Below are positions 10,042 through 17,282 of a DNA stretch of 64,000 nucleotides, piece after piece. The notes under the pieces were generated by a model, which was not told the DNA's origin, made no database searches, and saw only the letters and a program-made list of their open reading frames with translations. The stretch covers positions 83,511 through 147,510 of the forward strand of contig CBFIGX010000003.1 of NCBI GenBank assembly GCA_965662265.1, given 5' to 3'. The DNA comes from Flavobacteriales bacterium (lineage in GTDB: Bacteria > Bacteroidota > Bacteroidia > Flavobacteriales > UBA7430). The position numbers and the translations under genes were made by a program. Each line of letters opens with the position of its first letter. The first letter of the stretch is position 1.

Positions 10042-10776
10042 TTGAACAGGTATCATAATATAAATGAAATAGAAAAATATTTCAATAATGATTTAAATCA
10101 ATCTCAGCTGAGAGAGTTCAATTTAAGGCTTGAATGTGATGATACATTTCGAAGGCAAGTTAATCAATACGAACAAGTATATGGCTCCAAAAAATTACAA
10201 AGAAATACTGTGAATAGAGCAAGTGCGAATACTAAAATGATATTCAATTACAAGTATGCTAGGATACTAGTGGCTAGTTCGGTGTGCTTGTTGTTTGGTT
10301 TGCTTCATAATCGATACATTATTCATTTTACTAGTCCTAGTTCTAAGGATTTGTTTTCTGAATATTTTTATCCATATCCAAATATAGCCTATCCATTAAC
10401 TAGATCTGCTAAAAGTGATTCTAATTTAGTTATAGTTTCGGCTTTTCATAATTATGAAATGGGACGATATGATATTGCGATTGATAAATTTAATAAGCTT
10501 GAACCAGATCAAATCTCAGACTTGGTTATTTTTTATAAAAGCATGGCTCAAATGTCAAACGGTCATATTCATCCAGCTATAAAAAGTTTAACAGACATGA
10601 CCAATTTCTCTGTGTTTGAGTATCAAAAGAAATGGTATCTTGCTTTAGCTTACGTTTCTTTAGATGAGTACCAAAAAGCCATTATTCTTCTAGAATCCTT
10701 AATTCAAGACCAATATAATACGGTTCTAGCCGAGCAATTAATGCATACAATTAAGAAGGAACATGATGAGGATTAG
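10042..10776 (+). CDS. single-pass membrane protein with an anti-sigma-like N-terminal helix and a C-terminal TPR-like region
   Basis: The ORF 9991..10776 is trimmed to the next in-frame TTG (10042), although the start is uncertain. The N-terminus EIEKYFNNDLNQSQLREFNLRLECDDTFRRQV resembles the cytoplasmic helix of Bacteroidota anti-sigma-type proteins. One hydrophobic span is present (ILVASSVCLLFGLL). TPR-like helices include AFHNYEMGRYDIAIDKF and WYLALAYVSLDEYQKAI. Confidence 0.6.
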   Translation: MNRYHNINEIEKYFNNDLNQSQLREFNLRLECDDTFRRQVNQYEQVYGSKKLQRNTVNRASANTKMIFNYKYARILVASSVCLLFGLLHNRYIIHFTSPSSKDLFSEYFYPYPNIAYPLTRSAKSDSNLVIVSAFHNYEMGRYDIAIDKFNKLEPDQISDLVIFYKSMAQMSNGHIHPAIKSLTDMTNFSVFEYQKKWYLALAYVSLDEYQKAIILLESLIQDQYNTVLAEQLMHTIKKEHDED

Positions 10777-11202
10777 TAAAAATCCGATTACGTATATCGA
10801 TGCTCCACCGTAAGAGTCTAATTTAATAGAAGAATCATCACCAGTTATTACCAATCCTGCCCAGTATTTGGGATTAGATAAATGCTCGTCTGCATTATTT
10901 AGGTAATTTAATTTTGCTTGTTGAAGTGCTTCCGATTTATTTTTCACATCAAGATATTCAAAAAATGAAGTTACAATTTGAGAAGTAGAAAAATCTGGAA
11001 TCTCCCACAAGCTAGTTAGTGTAGATTGAGCGCCTGCATACAAAAAGCTTCTAGCAAGACTAGCTACACCTTCTCCGGCATATACTTTTCCGGTATTTGT
11101 ATTGCAAGCACTTAATGCCACAAGGTTTGCATTGGTTATTGAGTTCTGTATCTCATAAAGAAAATAAGCTTCGATAGAATCATGATGAGTATGTGAGTTC
11201 AA
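10738..11202 (-). CDS. ORF fragment 2 of the interrupted gene: C-terminal part of the CHAT domain (Cys segment) plus a C-terminal TM helix
   Basis: 154 aa, from an in-frame TTG only. It contains LVALSACNTNTG (Cys codon 11104..11106), SLARSFLYAGAQSTLTSLW, YWAGLVITGD and the terminal hydrophobic IYVIGFLLILIMFLL. It lacks the His half, so it is unlikely to be active alone. Confidence 0.6.
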   Translation of the reverse strand: MNSHTHHDSIEAYFLYEIQNSITNANLVALSACNTNTGKVYAGEGVASLARSFLYAGAQSTLTSLWEIPDFSTSQIVTSFFEYLDVKNKSEALQQAKLNYLNNADEHLSNPKYWAGLVITGDDSSIKLDSYGGASIYVIGFLLILIMFLLNCMH

Positions 11203-11307
11203 AAATAATTTTGAATAACTTGCATTTGAAATATTAGTTTCAGCGTGAGTGCCAAAATGTAATATTTTGTAGTCTTGACAAGTTTCTAATAGATTTGGTT
11301 TAGTAGC

Positions 11308-13734
11308 TTAATCCCCATATAATATGTCACCTTTAAGTTTTGCTCTTATATTTTCTATTTCTTTATTGGCGCCATCAAGTTTGGCATAGGAACTATTGTT
11401 AAATGTGGGACATATCCCTAAGTATCCTTTTTGGGTTTTCCCAATAGGCCTCTTTACTTTATTGGCACTATTTTGATAAAGGATTGCGTAATCTTTTATA
11501 AGATAATCCAAGTCTTTGTATGATGTATTTTTTTGATAAGATTTTGTAAAGCTGCCGAAACTTAATAAGGAGAGATCTTTGCTCGGGATAATTGTTAATG
11601 AAGTTATATTTGGTTTTAATACATCTGGTTTGAGTAGAAATTTGAAAAATTCGTGTGATAGAATGGTGTATTCCACTGTATTAGAATTAACTATTGATTC
11701 GATGTAACTCTCAATTTTTTCGCTCAAGTCTGGTACAGTATCATGATTTAATGTGATGGTATCTCTTGTTAAGTTGATGGCGTATATATTATTTTGGTGT
11801 TTGTAATACTCAATTAAACAGGTATTTGGATCTAAATTTTGTTGTATTTGAATCAAGTTGGGTTTCTTTAAAGTATATTTTAAGCTGAAGTAGTTTGGAT
11901 ATTTCCGTTCTATTTCAAATCGCAACCTTTTTAAGTGATTATTAGCTTTAAACAGTTTTTGTTCGATCTTTATTTTTTGATCAGAGTTTTCTTGGGGAGC
12001 CACATAGAGTTGTTTTTGTAAATGTGATATATTTTTTTTCAATTGAATTTCTTTCAAAATAAGCGAGTCAGGAATATTTGAATTTGACTTTGCGAAGGCG
12101 TCTTGAACCTCACGCTTTAAAAAAAATGATTTTTCAACTTCAAAGAATATATGCGCCTCATATATAAATTTTATATCACCTGTAGTGTCATTTAGTGCTT
12201 TACATATATCAATTCCCTGTTTAAGTGTTTTGTCAATAAATTGAAAAAAAGAATGTATAGAGGACTGATGGTAGTAAAAGTTTACAAACTCACTACTGTA
12301 TTCTAGTGACTTTTTAGAGGTCTGTAAAGATTTAGCAAGATGTTTAATATGTTTGGTTTTTTCATATAAAGCCAACAATGCTTTATTTTTCAAGTAGTAG
12401 GTTTCTATCAAAAGCGGGATAGATGAGTATGTTTCTTTTTGGTTATTATTTTTGTGTCTCGATATGCGAAGTGATTCTTCAATTAATTCGGTTGTTTTTA
12501 TACAATTTCTGTGCTGGTTTATTAGATAGTATAATTGAGCTTGTGTATAATAACACTTGGCGAGATCATGATCTTTTTCTCCAAACATTTTTTTAGCAAT
12601 ATCAATAGCTTGCTTAATAAATTCTTCAGCTTTGTCGTATTGTTTTAGTCTTATACATGATTTTGCTGACTCATTAAGTATAAGTGCACTTAGCTCATTA
12701 TGATTGCCGTAAATATCCAGTATTTCGCTTAAGGAAAACTTTAAATGTATTAGTGCTTGTTTATAATTTCCAGATTCATTTTCATTAACTCCTAGGCTGT
12801 AGTATTTCCAGTATAATTCACGTCTTAATCCAGCAGTTTTTAGCATATCAACAGCTTCATTAAGGAGTGCTCTGGCCTCATCATACTTGCCAACACTTAT
12901 TTTGTATGTAGCTATATTATTTTTTGTGGTTGCTATAATTGCTTTGCTCTTTGGGATATATTTTTTAAATAATCGTAGAGCTTCTTTATAGTATTCAATT
13001 GCTGTTTCATTGTCATTTAAAAAGCCATAGTTTACACCAAGGGTATTGTATATATGAGCTTTATATACATGTAACGATGCTTGATTATTGTCGTAATAAC
13101 TTAAGGCTTTATTGCAATACTCTATTGAGGCTACATAATTGTTTTTTGAAGTGAGTGTATTTGCTATGCAATATGTACTTGCAGCAATCGAATTGTAATT
13201 TAGTTGTGTTTGTTTGGTCTCGTTTTCGAGTGCTTTAAATTGGTATTTTAATGCTTTTTTTAATTTACCAGAGTGATTAAAATAAATACCTATTGCTCTT
13301 AAATATTTAGTGATATTATTAGCATTTACACTAGAACTTTCTTGTTCATGTTTTAATGAAAGTTTAGCGAAGTGTATCGCAGAGTCAACTTCTCCAAGTC
13401 TATACTTAACAACACTATTTATGTAGAGTAAGTCTCCATAAATTATTGGGTAATCTGATGTGTTTTCATTTCTAGTTATGGTAAGCCCTTTTTCAGTATA
13501 AAATTGCATTTGTTCAAAGTTTTGCCTTTCCTTCGCAATTTTAGATTTCCATGCATAATAATATAGCAGTTTTAGAGGCTCTGTATTTTTTAATAATTCG
13601 TCATCAATTAGATTAGATAAAACATCGAATTGTTTATTGTTAAATAAGGAGTCGTATTTTAAGTTATATAGGTGTAAATTTTGAGCCTCAAGGCAAAAGG
13701 AAAGTAAAGAGATGCATAGAAGTAATCGTATCAT
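11308..13734 (-). CDS. ORF fragment 1 of the interrupted gene: signal peptide, TPR array and N-terminal part of the CHAT domain
   Basis: 808 aa. It has the signal-like N-terminus MIRLLLCISLLSFCLEAQ and many TPR-type repeats (for example AIEYYKEALRLF and ALIHLKFSLSEI). It ends at the TAA just before the catalytic His segment. Confidence 0.7.
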   Translation of the reverse strand: MIRLLLCISLLSFCLEAQNLHLYNLKYDSLFNNKQFDVLSNLIDDELLKNTEPLKLLYYYAWKSKIAKERQNFEQMQFYTEKGLTITRNENTSDYPIIYGDLLYINSVVKYRLGEVDSAIHFAKLSLKHEQESSSVNANNITKYLRAIGIYFNHSGKLKKALKYQFKALENETKQTQLNYNSIAASTYCIANTLTSKNNYVASIEYCNKALSYYDNNQASLHVYKAHIYNTLGVNYGFLNDNETAIEYYKEALRLFKKYIPKSKAIIATTKNNIATYKISVGKYDEARALLNEAVDMLKTAGLRRELYWKYYSLGVNENESGNYKQALIHLKFSLSEILDIYGNHNELSALILNESAKSCIRLKQYDKAEEFIKQAIDIAKKMFGEKDHDLAKCYYTQAQLYYLINQHRNCIKTTELIEESLRISRHKNNNQKETYSSIPLLIETYYLKNKALLALYEKTKHIKHLAKSLQTSKKSLEYSSEFVNFYYHQSSIHSFFQFIDKTLKQGIDICKALNDTTGDIKFIYEAHIFFEVEKSFFLKREVQDAFAKSNSNIPDSLILKEIQLKKNISHLQKQLYVAPQENSDQKIKIEQKLFKANNHLKRLRFEIERKYPNYFSLKYTLKKPNLIQIQQNLDPNTCLIEYYKHQNNIYAINLTRDTITLNHDTVPDLSEKIESYIESIVNSNTVEYTILSHEFFKFLLKPDVLKPNITSLTIIPSKDLSLLSFGSFTKSYQKNTSYKDLDYLIKDYAILYQNSANKVKRPIGKTQKGYLGICPTFNNSSYAKLDGANKEIENIRAKLKGDILYGD

Positions 13735-13882
13735 TTATATATTAAAATTAACCCTCAATATATAAATAATTATTTATGTATTTATTTTTTTAAATTTAAA
13801 ATTGCCACCTCAAAAACAATACCAAATTATTTAAAATCTTATAATTTGAGCACAATGCTTGTTTGAATTCAGTTGAAAAATT

Positions 13883-13890
13883 TAAATTTG
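13883..13890 (+). promoter_or_regulatory. '-7' box TAAATTTG for asnS
   Basis: TAAATTTG lies 28 nt upstream of the asnS ATG (13918). Confidence 0.4.
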
Positions 13891-13917
13891 CTTATACTAA
13901 GCTAGTATTTAAAGAAA

Positions 13918-15357
13918 ATGAAGAGAATAGAAGTTAAAGATGCCCTTAAGATTAAAACAACCGGCGAGTTAGTTTGTTTGATGGGATGGGTTCGTACAAA
14001 ACGAGGAAGTAAAAATGTTTCATTTATTGCATTAAATGATGGCTCCACAATAAAAAACATTCAGGTTGTTGCTGAGGCTAATATTGAGGATGAAACCTTG
14101 AGGCATATTCATACTGGTGCTAGTTTGTTAGTTGAAGGAAAGCTTGTTAAATCTAAGGGTTCTGGTCAATCTGTAGAGGTTTTAGCTAACCATATAAAAA
14201 TTATGGGTTTGTCAGATCCTGATGAATACCCCTTACAACCAAAAAAACATTCGTTAGAATTTTTAAGAGAAAAGGCTCATTTAAGATTTAGGACAAATAC
14301 ATTTGGGGCAATTTTCAGAATAAGGCATGCCATGACTTTTGCTCTACATCATTTTTTTAATCAGAAAGGGTTTGTGAACGTACACACACCAATAATTACA
14401 GGTTCAGATGCTGAAGGTGCTGGTGAGATGTTTTCTGTGTCAACACTTGATAAAAATAACATTCCTTTGAATGAGGATGGTCTGGTTGATTATAGCCATG
14501 ATTTCTTTGCTAAAGAAACAAATTTAACTGTGTCTGGACAGTTAGAGGCTGAGATGGCAGCTATGGCTTTAGGAAAGGTTTACACATTCGGCCCTACATT
14601 TAGAGCTGAAAATTCTAACACCTCTCGTCATTTAGCAGAGTTTTGGATGGTTGAGCCAGAAATGGCCTTTGCGAATTTAGAGGATGACATGGATCTTGCT
14701 CAAGAGATGCTTCAATATTTATGTAAATATGCTATAGATAATTGTTCAGATGATTTAGAATTTTTAGATAAGAGGCTCGCTGATGAAGAAAAAAACAAAA
14801 AAAAGGAAGATCGCCAAGAAATGGGGTTAGTAGAGAAGTTAATGTTTATTATTAATAATGACTTTGAAAGAATAACCTATACCGAAGCCTTCGACATACT
14901 TCGTAATTCCAAGCCAAATAAGAAAAAGAAGTTCCAATATTTAATTAATGAATGGGGTGTTGATTTCCAATCTGAGCATGAAAGATATTTAGTTGAAAAG
15001 AAATTCAAAAAACCGGTAATCATTACAGACTATCCTAAAGATATAAAGGCCTTTTATATGCGATTAAATGACGATGGAAAGACTGTTAGGGCTATGGATG
15101 TGTTGTTTCCCGGAATCGGAGAAATTATCGGAGGATCTCAAAGAGAGGAACGTTTAGAAGTCCTCCAAAAAAGAATGGTTGAGATGGATATTCCTGAAGA
15201 GGAGATGTGGTGGTATCTCGATTCAAGAAAATTTGGAACTGCACCTCATTGCGGTTTTGGTTTAGGTTTTGAGCGATTAATTTTATTTATCACTGGTATG
15301 GGTAATATTAGAGACGTAATACCCTTTCCAAGGACTCCTAATAATGCAGAATTTTAA
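13918..15357 (+). CDS. asnS: asparaginyl-tRNA synthetase
   Basis: 479 aa. It has class IIb motifs [29 protein letters not shown] and GFGLGFERL. Confidence 0.93.
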   Translation: MKRIEVKDALKIKTTGELVCLMGWVRTKRGSKNVSFIALNDGSTIKNIQVVAEANIEDETLRHIHTGASLLVEGKLVKSKGSGQSVEVLANHIKIMGLSDPDEYPLQPKKHSLEFLREKAHLRFRTNTFGAIFRIRHAMTFALHHFFNQKGFVNVHTPIITGSDAEGAGEMFSVSTLDKNNIPLNEDGLVDYSHDFFAKETNLTVSGQLEAEMAAMALGKVYTFGPTFRAENSNTSRHLAEFWMVEPEMAFANLEDDMDLAQEMLQYLCKYAIDNCSDDLEFLDKRLADEEKNKKKEDRQEMGLVEKLMFIINNDFERITYTEAFDILRNSKPNKKKKFQYLINEWGVDFQSEHERYLVEKKFKKPVIITDYPKDIKAFYMRLNDDGKTVRAMDVLFPGIGEIIGGSQREERLEVLQKRMVEMDIPEEEMWWYLDSRKFGTAPHCGFGLGFERLILFITGMGNIRDVIPFPRTPNNAEF

Positions 15358-15360
15358 ACT

Positions 15361-16809
15361 ATGCTCAAGCAGTCTCTTCATCAAAAATTAACTCAAAAAC
15401 TTTCACCTCAACAAATTAAGTTGATGAAGCTTATCCAGCTTCCTACTATTGAACTTGAGCAAAAAGTGAAAGAAGAGTTGGAAGCTAACCCTGCTATGGA
15501 AGAAGGGATTGAGCAGCCTGAGGTTGCTGAGTTTGAAGATCATGAGCAGCGTGAGGAGCAAACTATTGAGGCTAGCGAAATTAATATTGATGAGTATCTG
15601 AGTGATGATGAGACACCTCGCTATAAGCTGGTGGCTAATAATACTAGTCCAGATCAAGAGGAAAAATCTATTCCTGTTGCTATGGGAGTTAGTTCGACTG
15701 AAATTTTAGAAAAGCAACTTGCCTTACGTAATTTAAGTGATGAAGGCTATCAAATAGGCTTATATTTGATAGGATGTATTGATGATAATGGCTACTTAAG
15801 AAGACCTATTCTTTCCATAGTAGACGATTTGGCGTTCAATCAAAATTTAATGACTTCGGAAGAAGATGTTAGTCGAGTGCTGTCTGTTATTCAAGATTTT
15901 GAACCCCCAGGAATTGGTGCCAGAGATCTTCAAGAATGCCTGCTCATACAGCTAAATAAAAAAGAAACAAATCAAGAAATTACTATCGCAAGAGAGGTTG
16001 TGAAAAGATATTTTAATGCGTTGTCAAAAAAGCATTATAAAAAATTACTCTCTAAGTTAGATATAACAGAGGCAAAATTAAAAGAAGTTCTTTCAGAGGT
16101 GGCAAAGTTAAATCCTAAGCCAGGATCTGCCTTGTTTAATACGACTAGAATTGTTCAACACATTATACCAGATTTTAAGATTTCTATAGCTGATGGTGTA
16201 CTTGATTTGTCAATGAATACTGGAATGATTCCGAAGCTTAGAATTAATAGCAATTTCAAAGACTTATTACAAACATATAAGGATTCTGGAGAAAGTAAAA
16301 GTAAAACTCAGAAAGATGCTGTGATGTTTGTTAAACAAAAGCTAGATTCTGCCAAATGGTTTATAGATGCTATTAGGCAAAGACATAGAACACTCATGTT
16401 AACAATGTCCTCGATTATGAACTTCCAGAAAGAATATTTTCTCTCAGGAGATGAGAAAATGCTCAAGCCAATGATATTAAAAGATATTGCAGAAAAAGTG
16501 GGGATGGATATTTCAACTGTCTCCAGGGTTGCTAACAGTAAATATGTAGATACTCCTTATGGTACATTTCTAATCAAAACTTTCTTTTCAGAATCTATGA
16601 AAAATAATCAAGGAGAAGATGTTTCGACAAAAGAGATAAAGAAGATTCTTGAAGAAGTAATAGAAAATGAAAATAAGCTAAAACCACTTACCGACTCAAA
16701 ATTGATGGATATGTTAAAGGAAAAAGGATATCCAATTGCTCGACGAACAGTAGCTAAATATAGAGAACAGCTAAATATAACTGTAGCTCGACTTAGAAAA
16801 GAAATATAG
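15361..16809 (+). CDS. rpoN: RNA polymerase sigma-54 factor
   Basis: 482 aa. It has an N-terminal Q/L-rich region (LSPQQIKLMKLIQLP), an acidic linker, and the C-terminal HTH plus RpoN box ARRTVAKYREQL. Confidence 0.92.
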   Translation: MLKQSLHQKLTQKLSPQQIKLMKLIQLPTIELEQKVKEELEANPAMEEGIEQPEVAEFEDHEQREEQTIEASEINIDEYLSDDETPRYKLVANNTSPDQEEKSIPVAMGVSSTEILEKQLALRNLSDEGYQIGLYLIGCIDDNGYLRRPILSIVDDLAFNQNLMTSEEDVSRVLSVIQDFEPPGIGARDLQECLLIQLNKKETNQEITIAREVVKRYFNALSKKHYKKLLSKLDITEAKLKEVLSEVAKLNPKPGSALFNTTRIVQHIIPDFKISIADGVLDLSMNTGMIPKLRINSNFKDLLQTYKDSGESKSKTQKDAVMFVKQKLDSAKWFIDAIRQRHRTLMLTMSSIMNFQKEYFLSGDEKMLKPMILKDIAEKVGMDISTVSRVANSKYVDTPYGTFLIKTFFSESMKNNQGEDVSTKEIKKILEEVIENENKLKPLTDSKLMDMLKEKGYPIARRTVAKYREQLNITVARLRKEI

Positions 16810-16861
16810 TTTTTAATATATATTAAAATATATATAGGTTGATTTTGTCATTTAAATTATT

Positions 16862-16869
16862 TACTTTTG
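16862..16869 (+). promoter_or_regulatory. '-7' box TACTTTTG for the ArsR-family gene
   Basis: TACTTTTG lies 33 nt upstream of the ATG at 16903. Confidence 0.35.
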
Positions 16870-16902
16870 GACTTGTTCTAACTAATTAACCCCCCTTTAA
16901 TC

Positions 16903-17208
16903 ATGAGCAAGCAAGTTATTAATCTGAATTCTGAAGCCCTTATGAGTGCGGCTTCAATGCTTAAAGTATTAGGTCACCCAATTCGTATTTCCATTATAGA
17001 ATTACTAGAAAAATGTCCTAGAATGTCTGTGACAGAGATATTTAAATCCTTGAGAATAGAGCAAGCTATTGCTTCTCATCATTTAAATACCTTAAAAAAT
17101 AAACGTATTTTAAATTCCGAACGAGTAGGTAAAAACACTTACTATTCAGTAAGACACTCTAGTTTGATTGATGTAGTCAAAAATATCCATCATTGTCAAA
17201 ATTCTTAA
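16903..17208 (+). CDS. ArsR/SmtB-family winged-helix transcriptional regulator
   Basis: 101 aa. It has LKVLGHPIRISIIELL...MSVTEIFKSLRIEQAIASHHLNTLKNKRIL, the typical ArsR HTH core. Confidence 0.8.
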   Translation: MSKQVINLNSEALMSAASMLKVLGHPIRISIIELLEKCPRMSVTEIFKSLRIEQAIASHHLNTLKNKRILNSERVGKNTYYSVRHSSLIDVVKNIHHCQNS

Positions 17209-17213
17209 ACTCT

Positions 17214-17243
17214 AAGGCCTTCATTGAGAAGGCCTTTTATTTT
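17214..17243 (+). terminator. rho-independent terminator after the ArsR-family gene
   Basis: AAGGCCTTC-ATTGA-GAAGGCCTT is followed by TTATTTT. Confidence 0.65.
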
Positions 17244-17282
17244 GGCATAGAATTAGCAGTGCCAAAGAACAAATCATTTCTA

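Larger units (their letters stand above)
10738..13734 (-). pseudogene. TPR-CHAT (caspase-like) protease gene interrupted by one in-frame TAA at 11308..11310
   Basis: The 808-aa and 154-aa ORFs share a frame, separated by TAA plus 35 open codons. My read-across is ...KLKGDILYGD*ATKPNLLETCQDYKILHFGTHAETNISNASYSKLFLNSHTHHD...LVALSACNTNTGKV...PKYWAGLVITGD. ILHFGTHA and LSACNT match the CHAT His/Cys dyad. Confidence 0.75.

Noticed and set aside
9991-10776. I asked whether the gene of about 250 aa next to the CHAT protease could be a bacterial gasdermin, since gasdermin-protease pairs are a known defence module.
   Set aside because: The protein has an internal TM helix and clear TPR-like helical repeats, not a gasdermin-like beta-rich N-terminal domain. 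It is convergent with the protease rather than co-directional and upstream of it. No other defence genes are adjacent.
11308-11310. I considered stop-codon reassignment or programmed readthrough of the in-frame TAA in the CHAT gene.
   Set aside because: TAA is used as the ordinary terminator of well-conserved genes in this same window, for example rpmF at 4626..4628, pdxA at 3834..3836 and metG at 37371..37373. TAA is the least leaky stop codon, and I see no downstream recoding structure. A nonsense mutation or a sequencing error is the simpler explanation.
17193-17282. The ORF track gives the C25 peptidase a 30-codon N-terminal extension that overlaps the ArsR-family gene.
   Set aside because: The extension runs straight through the ArsR terminator hairpin (17214..17243). 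The Met at 17283 is followed by a textbook signal peptide.
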